Assembly (NCBI GenBank): GCA_050012015.1
Contig: JBEKHZ010000003.1
Span: 332,970 to 396,969 of the forward strand
Source: Terracidiphilus sp.
GTDB lineage: Bacteria > Acidobacteriota > Terriglobia > Terriglobales > Acidobacteriaceae
DNA: 64,000 nt
Reading direction: 5' to 3'
Below, in pieces: positions 55,915 through 64,000 of this stretch (positions are counted from its first letter, which is position 1; the number at the start of each line of letters is the position of its first letter). Position numbers and translations under genes: made by a program. The notes below the pieces were generated by a model. The model was not told the origin of the DNA. It made no database searches and saw only the letters and a program-made list of their open reading frames with translations.

Positions 55915-56353
55915 TGCCCCGCTGCCTCGCTAACTTGCTGCACCCAGTTCTCTGTTCATTGTCCTTGCAGATAATTTCCCCTTTTTGTTGGACAATCATC
56001 CTATGAGGCATTCATCCCGGCACGATGCGGCCTCTAGAAGCCGAAAAACAACGCGTAACTCCTTATTCTGGAATATTTTGCAGACAACTTCTTTGTTATG
56101 AGGATTTTACAGCGATACCCTGTCTGTAACCTCAAGAAAACAACGAGTTTGCGTCCAAAATACGGGTGGGGGTGGGGTAACCAATGTATCAACAGCCATC
56201 CATGCCGGATACCGTGTACATTCACCGTTTACTACCATGTGCTGGGCAACAATTCGGCGAGGGCGGGTTAGGGGAAACCGCATCAATTCAATTTGCCACT
56301 ACAGTTCTCCGCTGGAACTGTCGTTCAAACCTGTCGATTAAAATGGAATTGCG

Positions 56354-57676
56354 ATGCTCGACCTCAGTTTTGTCCGTGCCAACCTGGAACTCGTTGAGAA
56401 TAAACTACGCGCGCGTGGGTTAGACCCGGCCGCGCTGCTGGGTGATTTTCGCTCGCTCGACGCCAGCCGCCGAGAGGCCATTACCACCGCCGAGCGCCTC
56501 AAGGCCCGCCGCAACGAGCTGAGCCATCAGGTCGGCGTCCTCAAAAAATCAGGTCAGGACGCGACAGCGGTCATGGACGAGACCCGCGCCCTCAAGGATC
56601 AGTTCGACGCGCTCGACCAGACCGCCGCCCAGCTCGACGAACAGATGCGACAGGTACTGGCCGGCATCCCCAACCTCACACGCGACGAAGTCCCCACTGG
56701 CAACTCCGAATCCGACAACCTAACCGTCAAGACCTGGGGCGAAATCCCAAAATTCGCATTCACCCCCAAACCGCACTGGGAACTCGGCGAAGCCCTCGGA
56801 ATCCTCGACCTGGAACGCGCGGCCAAAATCAGCGGCGCGCGTTTTGCCGTCTACATCGGCGCCGGAGCCCGCCTCGAACGCGCCCTCATCAGCTTCATGC
56901 TCGACCTGCACACCAGCAAGCACGGCTACACCGAAGTCCTGCCGCCCTTCATGGTCAATAGCAAGTCGCTCTTCGGCACCGGCCAATTGCCCAAGTTTGC
57001 TGAAGACCTCTTCCGCTGCTCCGACGCCGACGCCGAAGCCGTCGCTCGCGGCGAGTTCCGCGACAACGACCACTGGCTCATTCCCACCGCCGAGGTTCCC
57101 GTCACCAACCTCTATCGCGATGAAATCCTCGACGAAGCGCGCCTGCCCATCTCGCTCACGGCCTACACGCCCTGCTTCCGCGCCGAAGCCGGAGCCGCCG
57201 GCAAGGACACGCGCGGCATCATCCGCCAGCACCAGTTCCAAAAAGTCGAGCTGGTCAAGTTCACCCGTCCCGAGGACTCCGAAGCCGAGCACGAGCGGCT
57301 GACCCGCGACGCCGAAGAGATTCTCGAAGCACTCAAGCTCCCCTATCGCCGCGTCCTGCTCTGCACCGGCGACACCGGCTTCTCCTCAGCCAAAACCTAC
57401 GACCTCGAGGTCTGGCTGCCCGGCCAGCAGCTCTACCGCGAAATCTCCTCCTGCTCTAACTTCGAGGCCTTCCAGGCGCGCCGCGCCAACATTCGTTACC
57501 GGCCCAGCGGCCCCAAAGGCAAACCCGAGTTCGTCCACACATTGAACGGCAGCGGTCTGGCTGTGGGGCGCACCTGGCTGGCCATTCTCGAAAACTATCA
57601 ACAGGCCGATGGTTCGGTCCTGATTCCAGAAGCGCTCCAGCCCTGGATGGGCGGCCTGAAATGCATCACAAGGTAA
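56354..57676 (+). CDS. serS: serine--tRNA ligase
   Basis: Full-length class II aaRS: N-terminal coiled coil, FRAEAG..., [24 protein letters not shown]. Confidence 0.95.
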   Translation: MLDLSFVRANLELVENKLRARGLDPAALLGDFRSLDASRREAITTAERLKARRNELSHQVGVLKKSGQDATAVMDETRALKDQFDALDQTAAQLDEQMRQVLAGIPNLTRDEVPTGNSESDNLTVKTWGEIPKFAFTPKPHWELGEALGILDLERAAKISGARFAVYIGAGARLERALISFMLDLHTSKHGYTEVLPPFMVNSKSLFGTGQLPKFAEDLFRCSDADAEAVARGEFRDNDHWLIPTAEVPVTNLYRDEILDEARLPISLTAYTPCFRAEAGAAGKDTRGIIRQHQFQKVELVKFTRPEDSEAEHERLTRDAEEILEALKLPYRRVLLCTGDTGFSSAKTYDLEVWLPGQQLYREISSCSNFEAFQARRANIRYRPSGPKGKPEFVHTLNGSGLAVGRTWLAILENYQQADGSVLIPEALQPWMGGLKCITR

Positions 57677-57681
57677 AAACA

Positions 57682-58059
57682 ATGAACAACATCTTCAAAA
57701 GCTATTTCTACTGGACCTACCCGCGCGGTTGTTTTCACTACGACGTGATGGTGACGCTGATCCTGTTGTTCATCTTTATCACGCCGCATGTGTGGAACTA
57801 TGGCGACAGGCCTTCCAGCGCCGCCGGTCCGACGCATCCCATCCAGGTCATCGGCGATGGCGGCCGTGGGCTGATCATCACCGTGCCGGCCTCGGATGTC
57901 GACCTCGACTTGAATACCAAGACTTCCAACATGGCCGTGAAGAAGGCTCTGCACAAGGCCATCGAGCCGGTTACCGGCGACGCCGTCTTTGTCACGCACT
58001 GGGAGACCGCGAAGGACGCGCAGGGCAACTGGACATGGAAGGTCTGGGCGAGCCACTGA
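57682..58059 (+). CDS. hypothetical small membrane-anchored protein
   Basis: MNNIFKSYFYWTYPRGCFHYDVMVTLILLFIFITP TM segment followed by a soluble ~80-aa domain. No family recognised. Confidence 0.5.
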   Translation: MNNIFKSYFYWTYPRGCFHYDVMVTLILLFIFITPHVWNYGDRPSSAAGPTHPIQVIGDGGRGLIITVPASDVDLDLNTKTSNMAVKKALHKAIEPVTGDAVFVTHWETAKDAQGNWTWKVWASH

Positions 58060-58134
58060 GAACAGCACGCGCGATTGCGTATTTGATCTGCACCTAACAG
58101 GTTGCTCATCACGTCTAACAAAATAAGGAAATCC

Positions 58135-58842
58135 ATGCATAAGGTAAGTAAATCTGTCGTCCTTGCGTTGATCGCGATATTATTGTTCACGACCCGTCCC
58201 GTCGTCGCCACTCCCGACGCTCCCGACGAAAAAGAAAAAGTGCTCCGCCGTCTCGACGAAGCAGCTAAAAACTTCCGTTCTACCTCCGCTGACTTCGAGT
58301 TTGATTCCATCACCACCGAACCGGTCCCCGATAAAGATGTGCAGAAGGGCGTGGTCTACTACGAGCGCAAAAGTGGCTCTTTCCAGATGGCCGCCCACAT
58401 CCGCGAAGAGAACGGCAAGCCTGTGCCCAAGGTCTATGTCTACTCTGGCGGAGCCGTCAGGCTCTATGAGCAGTTGATTAACCAGGTCACCACCCTCACC
58501 AAAGCCGGCCAGTACGAAAGCTGGTTCATGCTCGGCTTCGGCGCCAGCGGCAAGGACCTCGAACAGAAGTGGGAGATTAGCTATCTCGGCTCGGAAACCC
58601 TCGACGGCGTGAAGACTGAAATTCTGGAGATGGTCCCCAGAGACCCCGCAATTCGCAAGAATCTCTCCAAGGTGAAGATGTGGGTCGACCCCGAACGCGG
58701 CGTGAGCCTCAAGCAGATCCTCTACTTTAGCTCCAGTGAATACAGGGTCTGCGTCTACTTCAATATCAAGATCAATCAGCCTCTGCCTGCCGGCGCCTTC
58801 ACCTTCAAAACCGACAGCAAGACCACTTACGTCAGCCGGTAA
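58135..58842 (+). CDS. LolA-like outer-membrane lipoprotein carrier / lipoprotein-sorting protein
   Basis: Signal peptide, then a LolA-fold-like pattern (…FRSTSADFEFDSIT…VVYYERK…VRLYE…MVPRDP…VKMWVDPERG…). Assigned from memory of the family. Confidence 0.6.
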   Translation: MHKVSKSVVLALIAILLFTTRPVVATPDAPDEKEKVLRRLDEAAKNFRSTSADFEFDSITTEPVPDKDVQKGVVYYERKSGSFQMAAHIREENGKPVPKVYVYSGGAVRLYEQLINQVTTLTKAGQYESWFMLGFGASGKDLEQKWEISYLGSETLDGVKTEILEMVPRDPAIRKNLSKVKMWVDPERGVSLKQILYFSSSEYRVCVYFNIKINQPLPAGAFTFKTDSKTTYVSR

Positions 58843-58900
58843 GAAAATGGTTGCCCCACCTTCGGCACGTCTTTGTTATTGTGCCTAAGGTAAGATAGAT

Positions 58901-59416
58901 TCATCCATCCTTATGGTTGGGAATGTAAAGAGTGGAATCCGCCTTGTGTAAGACTTCGACGCGCTGAATGCAGCCCTCGTAGTAGTGAATCCGAACGTAC
59001 AATCCTTCTCGAATGGGACCTTTGCGGAAAGGTGCATTTTGAAAACATGGTGTGTTATCAGCCGCATAATACGAGAACGATACTCCGTTTACCGAAAAAG
59101 ACTCTAATGTGGGACCTAGAGTTGGAGCCGGGCGGAAATCTTTTACAACCCCCTCCACGATCAAACTCTTACCGGACACATATTCATTCTGCAGTTTGGC
59201 ATATTCGTTCCAAAAGACCATTGAAGATACAAGAAGAAAGATTGAAGCCGCCGTAGTCATCATAATTCCCGCAATAAAGAAATACTTTTTATTCCTGAAA
59301 AACTTAATCTTAATGAGGAGCACTCCGATGATAAACAAAACGTATAGATGAATTGGTGGCCATGGTAAAGACCGTAAACCTAGCTCAAATATGGTCTGGT
59401 AGTTATCCGCTGTCAT
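58901..59416 (-). CDS. hypothetical two/three-TM membrane protein (low-GC orphan)
   Basis: The ORF sits in an AT-rich patch. Hydrophobic N-terminal half and a soluble C-terminal ~90 aa. No family recognised. Confidence 0.45.
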   Translation of the reverse strand: MTADNYQTIFELGLRSLPWPPIHLYVLFIIGVLLIKIKFFRNKKYFFIAGIMMTTAASIFLLVSSMVFWNEYAKLQNEYVSGKSLIVEGVVKDFRPAPTLGPTLESFSVNGVSFSYYAADNTPCFQNAPFRKGPIREGLYVRIHYYEGCIQRVEVLHKADSTLYIPNHKDG

Positions 59417-59456
59417 AAAATGACCCCTTTCCGTCAGTACAAAAGTTGTTTTATAA

Positions 59457-60968
59457 CTAGATCGAAAATTTCCAACGCGTGATTCCCTTCCCCAGCGCCG
59501 CAATCCGTCGCAAACCCCACCACATCGCCACTCCCCCCAGCGCGAACAGCATCGGAAAGCACTCCAGCGTGTATCGTACTTCGGGCGCCGTGATGGTTGT
59601 CAGCAGGGCGCTGCGCATCAGCATATAGGCCAGCATCGGCAGCCAAAAACGCGGCCTGAGCCACATCCCCGCAACTCCCAACAGCAGGTAAAGCGCATTC
59701 AACCCCACGTAGGCCCAGCTGATGCAGGTCTCCTCCTCGTGGTTCTCGTAGACCCACCAGTCCAGGTCGATGGGCAGGTTTTCCACGCGCGGCCTCAGCC
59801 ACATATCTGCCATCCGTCCCAGCGGCAGCCACAGGTAGTAACGCAGCGGGTGCACCACGATCCGCTCATCAGCCAGCATGCCAAAGCTGGCATCGATCTC
59901 CGGCGTCAGCTCCGTTTTCACGTTGTATTCGGCGGCCAGTCTTGCGGTTTCAGCGTACTGCTCCTGTGAATCGAAAGCTCGCGCAGGCAGCTTGTTCATC
60001 TCCAGCGTGTCGCCGGGAATGTGCCAGTAAACCTCAGCAGTCGAATTGAAGTCCAGGCACCAGCTCTTCACCCAGTGCTCCCAGCCGGGATGGGGAAGTT
60101 CGCCTGGATTGATGGCCTGCCGTGGCGCCAGCGGCTGAAGAACGTGAAAGGTCTTCCAGTTGCGCCAGCTCCAGGCTGCAAACGGCATCAGAGCCAGCAG
60201 CGCGCAGACCACAGCAATTCGGGTCAGTTTTGTATTGGAAATTGCGCCATCGCCCACTTTGCGCCCCAGCCCGATCAGCAGCGCCGGCGCCAGAGCCACC
60301 GCTACCAGCCCTCCCTCCGGCCTGAGAAGCGCCGCAAAGGTCACCGCAAACGTAAACCACAGCGCCGCCGGCCATCCCGGCCGCGTCCGGAAGCGGGCTG
60401 CCGACCACAGCGCCAGAGCAATCGCAAACAAGGTGGGCGCCTCGGTCAGCGGCTCGGCGGCATAAACCGCTGTGAAGGGGCAAAGCGTGGCCAGCCATAG
60501 CGTGCAGTGCGCTGCCCCGGTGCTGAGCGGCATAGGCGCTATGCGGCGCGCAAAATCGGCCAGCAGCAGGCAGCCGGCCAACTCCATCGCAATCTGCGCC
60601 CAGGCCGCGGAAACGTAGTTTTCCATCCCGAAGAGCCGGAAGCACAGGGACAGAAACAGCGGGTAGCCCGGCAGCCGCATCAGCGCCGGAACCAGCACGC
60701 CCCCGCCCTCTGTCTGGGCATAACTGCCATGCAACAAGAGGTTTTTCGCCAGGTCGCCGTAGATCAGCGGATCGCCGTCGAGATTAAAAAACTCCTTCAG
60801 CATCCACAGCCGCAACGCCAGCCCCAGGGCCAGGGCCAGCAGCACAGACACCGCGCCGGCCACAGGGAAGCGTCTCCCGCTGCAGGTTGTCGATTGACTA
60901 TGGAGGGCGGTTTCCATACGATTCGTACTGTATAGCGTAGACTGTTTTTCCGGTTTCCGCGCCCCCAT
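59457..60968 (-). CDS. GT-C fold glycosyltransferase (ArnT/PMT, GT39/GT83-like)
   Basis: About 12 predicted TM helices, with a DGDPLIYGD acidic motif in the first periplasmic loop. The size and layout are typical of ArnT-like enzymes. Confidence 0.65.
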   Translation of the reverse strand: MGARKPEKQSTLYSTNRMETALHSQSTTCSGRRFPVAGAVSVLLALALGLALRLWMLKEFFNLDGDPLIYGDLAKNLLLHGSYAQTEGGGVLVPALMRLPGYPLFLSLCFRLFGMENYVSAAWAQIAMELAGCLLLADFARRIAPMPLSTGAAHCTLWLATLCPFTAVYAAEPLTEAPTLFAIALALWSAARFRTRPGWPAALWFTFAVTFAALLRPEGGLVAVALAPALLIGLGRKVGDGAISNTKLTRIAVVCALLALMPFAAWSWRNWKTFHVLQPLAPRQAINPGELPHPGWEHWVKSWCLDFNSTAEVYWHIPGDTLEMNKLPARAFDSQEQYAETARLAAEYNVKTELTPEIDASFGMLADERIVVHPLRYYLWLPLGRMADMWLRPRVENLPIDLDWWVYENHEEETCISWAYVGLNALYLLLGVAGMWLRPRFWLPMLAYMLMRSALLTTITAPEVRYTLECFPMLFALGGVAMWWGLRRIAALGKGITRWKFSI

Positions 60969-61023
60969 TTTTTCGCAGCCCTTTTTTCGTGGTCAGGAGC
61001 GTTTAGGATTAAATAAGCCTCTC

Positions 61024-64000
61024 ATGCCGGATAAACAGATATTCTTCGACCCGCAACGCAAGCGCTGGAAACGGCTGCGCCGCATTCTCGACGCTATGGC
61101 CGTGGTTTTCACGCTGGTTCTGGTAGTTTTTATCTTCAACGTGCTGCGTTATCAGCAGTTACCCGAGCTCTTGCTGCCCACCCCCCGGCATAACTACAAG
61201 GCGCTACCTGATCGTGCCACATTGTTGCGCGGCGTTAAAGAACAGCGCCCCACCCGGCGCAAGACCACCCGCAAGCCCTCTGAGATTCCCTTCAACACCG
61301 GCGAAGGTCTGCGCGCGGCCTACTACGTGCAGGACGACCCCGCCAGCTACTCCTCCTTCAAAGAGCATGTCCAAGAGATCGACATGCTCTTTCCGCAGTG
61401 GCTGCATGTCAACTCTCCCCAGGGGACATTGATGGCCACCAGCGGCGACCACCGCCATGAGTATCCAATTGTCGACGGAGCCACAGTCCACGATCCCGAC
61501 GACTCGAACAGGGTTAAGAGGGTCATCGAGGCAACCAGGGATGACATTGAGGTCTTTCCTCACCTCAACAACTACAACTCCATCTCCCAGCACTGGGATC
61601 CGGCCTTCGCCGGCGTCCTCGCCGACGTCTCAAAACGAGCCGCGCTACGCCAGCAAATCGTTCGTTTCCTTACCGCATTCCCCGCTTATCGCGGACTTTC
61701 CCTGGATATCGAAAATATTCCTGACAGCGCCACTCCGGATTATCTGAACTTCATCCAGGAACTCTACGCCGACCTGCACCCCCGCAATCTCCGGCTCTAC
61801 GTCAGCACTCTGGTCTCTGCGCACGACGACTCCCTGAAGCGCATTGCCGCCAACTCCGACGGCATCGTGCTCATGAACTACGACCAGCACGAGATTGAAA
61901 GCCAGCCCGGCCCCGTCGCCAGCCAGGATTGGTTTGTGGCCAACCTGCAACGCGTCCTCAAGATTGTCCCTAAAGAGAAGCTCATCTGCGCTATAGGCAA
62001 TTACGGCTACGACTGGACGCTCTCCATCCCTAAAAAGGGGATGTTCCGCAAGCATTCCACGCCCGAAGTTCTCAATACCGATGCCCTCTCGGTCTCCGAC
62101 GCGTGGCAGCGCGCCTCCGACGCCGAAGCCGACCTTAGCCTCGATCCCGACACCCTCAATCCCCACTTCGAGTACATCGACGAGGACAACAACCAGCGCC
62201 ATGTTGTCTGGTTCCTCGATGGCGTCACCGTGCTCAATCAGATGCGCGCCGCTCGCGCCTTGGGATTGCAAACCTTTGCCCTATGGCGCCTCGGCGAGGA
62301 GGACAGCTCCCTGTGGAGTATTTGGGACAAGCCCAGCAACCCCGACTCGCTGAAGGCCCTCGGCCAGGTCCAGCCCAGCCATGACGTTGACACCGAGGGC
62401 GACGGCGACATCATCCGCATCACCGATACACCCAAGCCTGGTAAGCGCACCGTGCAGGTGGACGGCGACGAGCCCGACGAGCGCCGCAGACTCATCCTCA
62501 ATGAGCATATGGATGTCTATCCGCGCACCTACGTCATCGAGCAATACGGATACCATCCCAACCAGGTCGCTCTCTCCTTCGACGACGGGCCCGATCCCAA
62601 GTGGACTCCCAAAATCCTCGACATTCTCCGCGATAAGGGCGTCAAGGCTACCTTCTTGCTCATTGGCGACGAGGCGCAGGCCAATATCGGCCTCATGAAA
62701 CGTGTGGTCCGCGAGGGTCATGAGATCGGCAACCATACCTGGACCCATCCCGACATCAGCGAAATCTCCACCCGCCAGCTCGACCTCGAGCTTAAGCTCA
62801 CCGAGCGCCTTTTCGCCAGCAAGCTCGGCATCCAGCCCCTCTACTTCCGTCCTCCATACGACATCGACGAGGAGCCGGGAACCGACGACCAGGCTGCCCC
62901 CGTCTACCGCATCCAGCAGGACGGTTACACCATCGTCGGCAGCAAGATCGACACCAACGACTGGAACGAGAATCCCCGTAAGTCGCCCTTCGAGATCGCT
63001 CAGGTTGTCCTCGACCAGTTGGAGATCATGAAGACCAAGCCGCAGTTCCGCGGCTCCATCATCCTGCTCCACGATGGAGGCGGCGAGCGTTCAGCCACCG
63101 TTGCCGCCCTGCCCGTCCTCATTGACGCCCTGCGCGCCCATGGTTACAGCATTGTCACCGTCTCCTCGCTGATGGGAAAAACCACCGATGAGGTGATGCC
63201 CAAAATCAGCTTCCGCCAGTACCTGCGCGCCCTGCCTGACTCCATCGCCTTTTCCACCCTGGACGTCGCCGGCGAATTCATCGTGCTGGTCTTTTTCCTT
63301 GGCAACATCCTTATGAGCGCCCGTCTCCTGCTGGTCGGCATCTTTGCCGTTATCGAACGCTCGCGCGCCCCCCACCCCGCCGCCTCGCCCGGATTTAATC
63401 CCCGCGTCGCCGTCCTCATCCCCGCCTTCAACGAGGAGAAGGTCATCGTGCGCACCATCCGCTCGGTGCTCAACTCCGACTACCATAACTTGCGCATCAT
63501 CGTCGTTGACGATGGCTCCAGAGACCACACCTTTGATGTCGCACGCCAGGCCTACGCCGCCGAAATCGCCGCCGACCGCGTCCAGGTCCTCTCCAAGCGC
63601 AACGAAGGCAAAGCCTCCGCTCTTAATTTCGCTCTCGACCATCTCACTGAAGAGTTCTATATTGGCATCGACGCCGATACCGTTATCGCCCCTGACGCCA
63701 TCAGCAAGCTCATCCCCCACTTCGAGGATCCGCGCGTCGGCGCCGTCGCTGGCAACGCCAAGGTCGGCAATCGCGTCAATCTATGGACCCGCTGGCAGGC
63801 CCTCGAATACATCACCAGCCAGAACTTCGAGCGCCGCGCCCTCGACCTCTTCAACGTTGTCACCGTCGTCCCCGGAGCCATCGGCGCATGGCGCACTGCC
63901 CCCGTTAAAGCTGCTGGTGGCTATCCCATCAATACTGTGGCCGAGGACGCAGACCTCACCATGAACCTGCTCGAGCAGCAATTCAAGGTCGTCTACGAGG
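61024..64000 (+). CDS. fused GH18-like / polysaccharide deacetylase (CE4) / GT2 synthase, 3' end beyond the window
   Basis: Not in the ORF track because no stop is reached; hand translation is open from the ATG at 61024 to 64000. TM anchor. GLSLDIE (GH18-like DxE block, 61693-61713). CE4 motifs FDDGP (62578-92), HEIGNHTWTHP, RPPY, LLHDGGG. Then TM segments and GT2 motifs VLIPAFNEE, VVDDGS, GIDADT. Confidence 0.85.
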   Translation, partial: MPDKQIFFDPQRKRWKRLRRILDAMAVVFTLVLVVFIFNVLRYQQLPELLLPTPRHNYKALPDRATLLRGVKEQRPTRRKTTRKPSEIPFNTGEGLRAAYYVQDDPASYSSFKEHVQEIDMLFPQWLHVNSPQGTLMATSGDHRHEYPIVDGATVHDPDDSNRVKRVIEATRDDIEVFPHLNNYNSISQHWDPAFAGVLADVSKRAALRQQIVRFLTAFPAYRGLSLDIENIPDSATPDYLNFIQELYADLHPRNLRLYVSTLVSAHDDSLKRIAANSDGIVLMNYDQHEIESQPGPVASQDWFVANLQRVLKIVPKEKLICAIGNYGYDWTLSIPKKGMFRKHSTPEVLNTDALSVSDAWQRASDAEADLSLDPDTLNPHFEYIDEDNNQRHVVWFLDGVTVLNQMRAARALGLQTFALWRLGEEDSSLWSIWDKPSNPDSLKALGQVQPSHDVDTEGDGDIIRITDTPKPGKRTVQVDGDEPDERRRLILNEHMDVYPRTYVIEQYGYHPNQVALSFDDGPDPKWTPKILDILRDKGVKATFLLIGDEAQANIGLMKRVVREGHEIGNHTWTHPDISEISTRQLDLELKLTERLFASKLGIQPLYFRPPYDIDEEPGTDDQAAPVYRIQQDGYTIVGSKIDTNDWNENPRKSPFEIAQVVLDQLEIMKTKPQFRGSIILLHDGGGERSATVAALPVLIDALRAHGYSIVTVSSLMGKTTDEVMPKISFRQYLRALPDSIAFSTLDVAGEFIVLVFFLGNILMSARLLLVGIFAVIERSRAPHPAASPGFNPRVAVLIPAFNEEKVIVRTIRSVLNSDYHNLRIIVVDDGSRDHTFDVARQAYAAEIAADRVQVLSKRNEGKASALNFALDHLTEEFYIGIDADTVIAPDAISKLIPHFEDPRVGAVAGNAKVGNRVNLWTRWQALEYITSQNFERRALDLFNVVTVVPGAIGAWRTAPVKAAGGYPINTVAEDADLTMNLLEQQFKVVYE

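Noticed and set aside
61204-63981. Series of minus-strand ORFs (61645..62271, 62281..63072, 63091..63720 and others)
   Set aside because: They are antisense to the uninterrupted plus-strand GH18-like/CE4/GT2 frame, which carries multiple catalytic motifs. The minus-strand products are Gly/Asp/Val/Ala-rich artefacts.

Overview
GC-rich chromosomal window with about 55 supportable protein genes. There is no rRNA, no CRISPR array, no intact tRNA and no recognisable transposase or integrase. The gene content suggests Acidobacteriota (inference only): an Acidobacteria-type VWA protein, spore-coat-U (SCPU) pili, many secreted glycoside hydrolases, and Gly/Tyr/Trp-rich secreted proteins.

Gene blocks, left to right:
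- csbD and a small secreted-protein gene.
- A GH130 + GT4 pair.
- HAD hydrolase plus a GH130 remnant.
- An MlaEFD-type lipid-transport operon.
- uspA and crp.
- A sortase / VWA / LPATA-substrate module.
- An arabinofuranosidase (GH54, GH51-like) / GH92 / esterase cluster.
- A six-gene Csu-like archaic chaperone-usher pilus operon next to an orphan tRNA 3' fragment.
- A ketone-body / short-chain acyl-CoA cluster: MaoC-PTA fusion, scoAB, fabG-like reductase, fused CoA-transferase, bdhA, thiolase remnants.
- gpsA-plsY.
- A lower-GC hicAB + BNR-protein insert.
- yggU-yggS, a methyltransferase, trxB.
- A 981-aa IPT/TIG surface protein, NDH-2, serS.
- Envelope genes, and a divergent GT-C / fused GH18-like-CE4-GT2 exopolysaccharide synthase pair that runs off the window end.

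Most interesting observations:
1. The sortase module in an apparently diderm organism.
2. Several rearrangement scars made of short duplicated gene ends (thiolase, serS, yggS), with no recombinase gene in sight.
3. A structured MITE-like element with 27-31 nt terminal inverted repeats.
4. A ~100-bp dispersed repeat pair bracketing the 17-kb glycosidase + pilus block.
5. A GH54 enzyme whose lamin-tail domain is split by an array of repeat modules.

Many long antisense ORFs in the track are GC-driven artefacts and were rejected.
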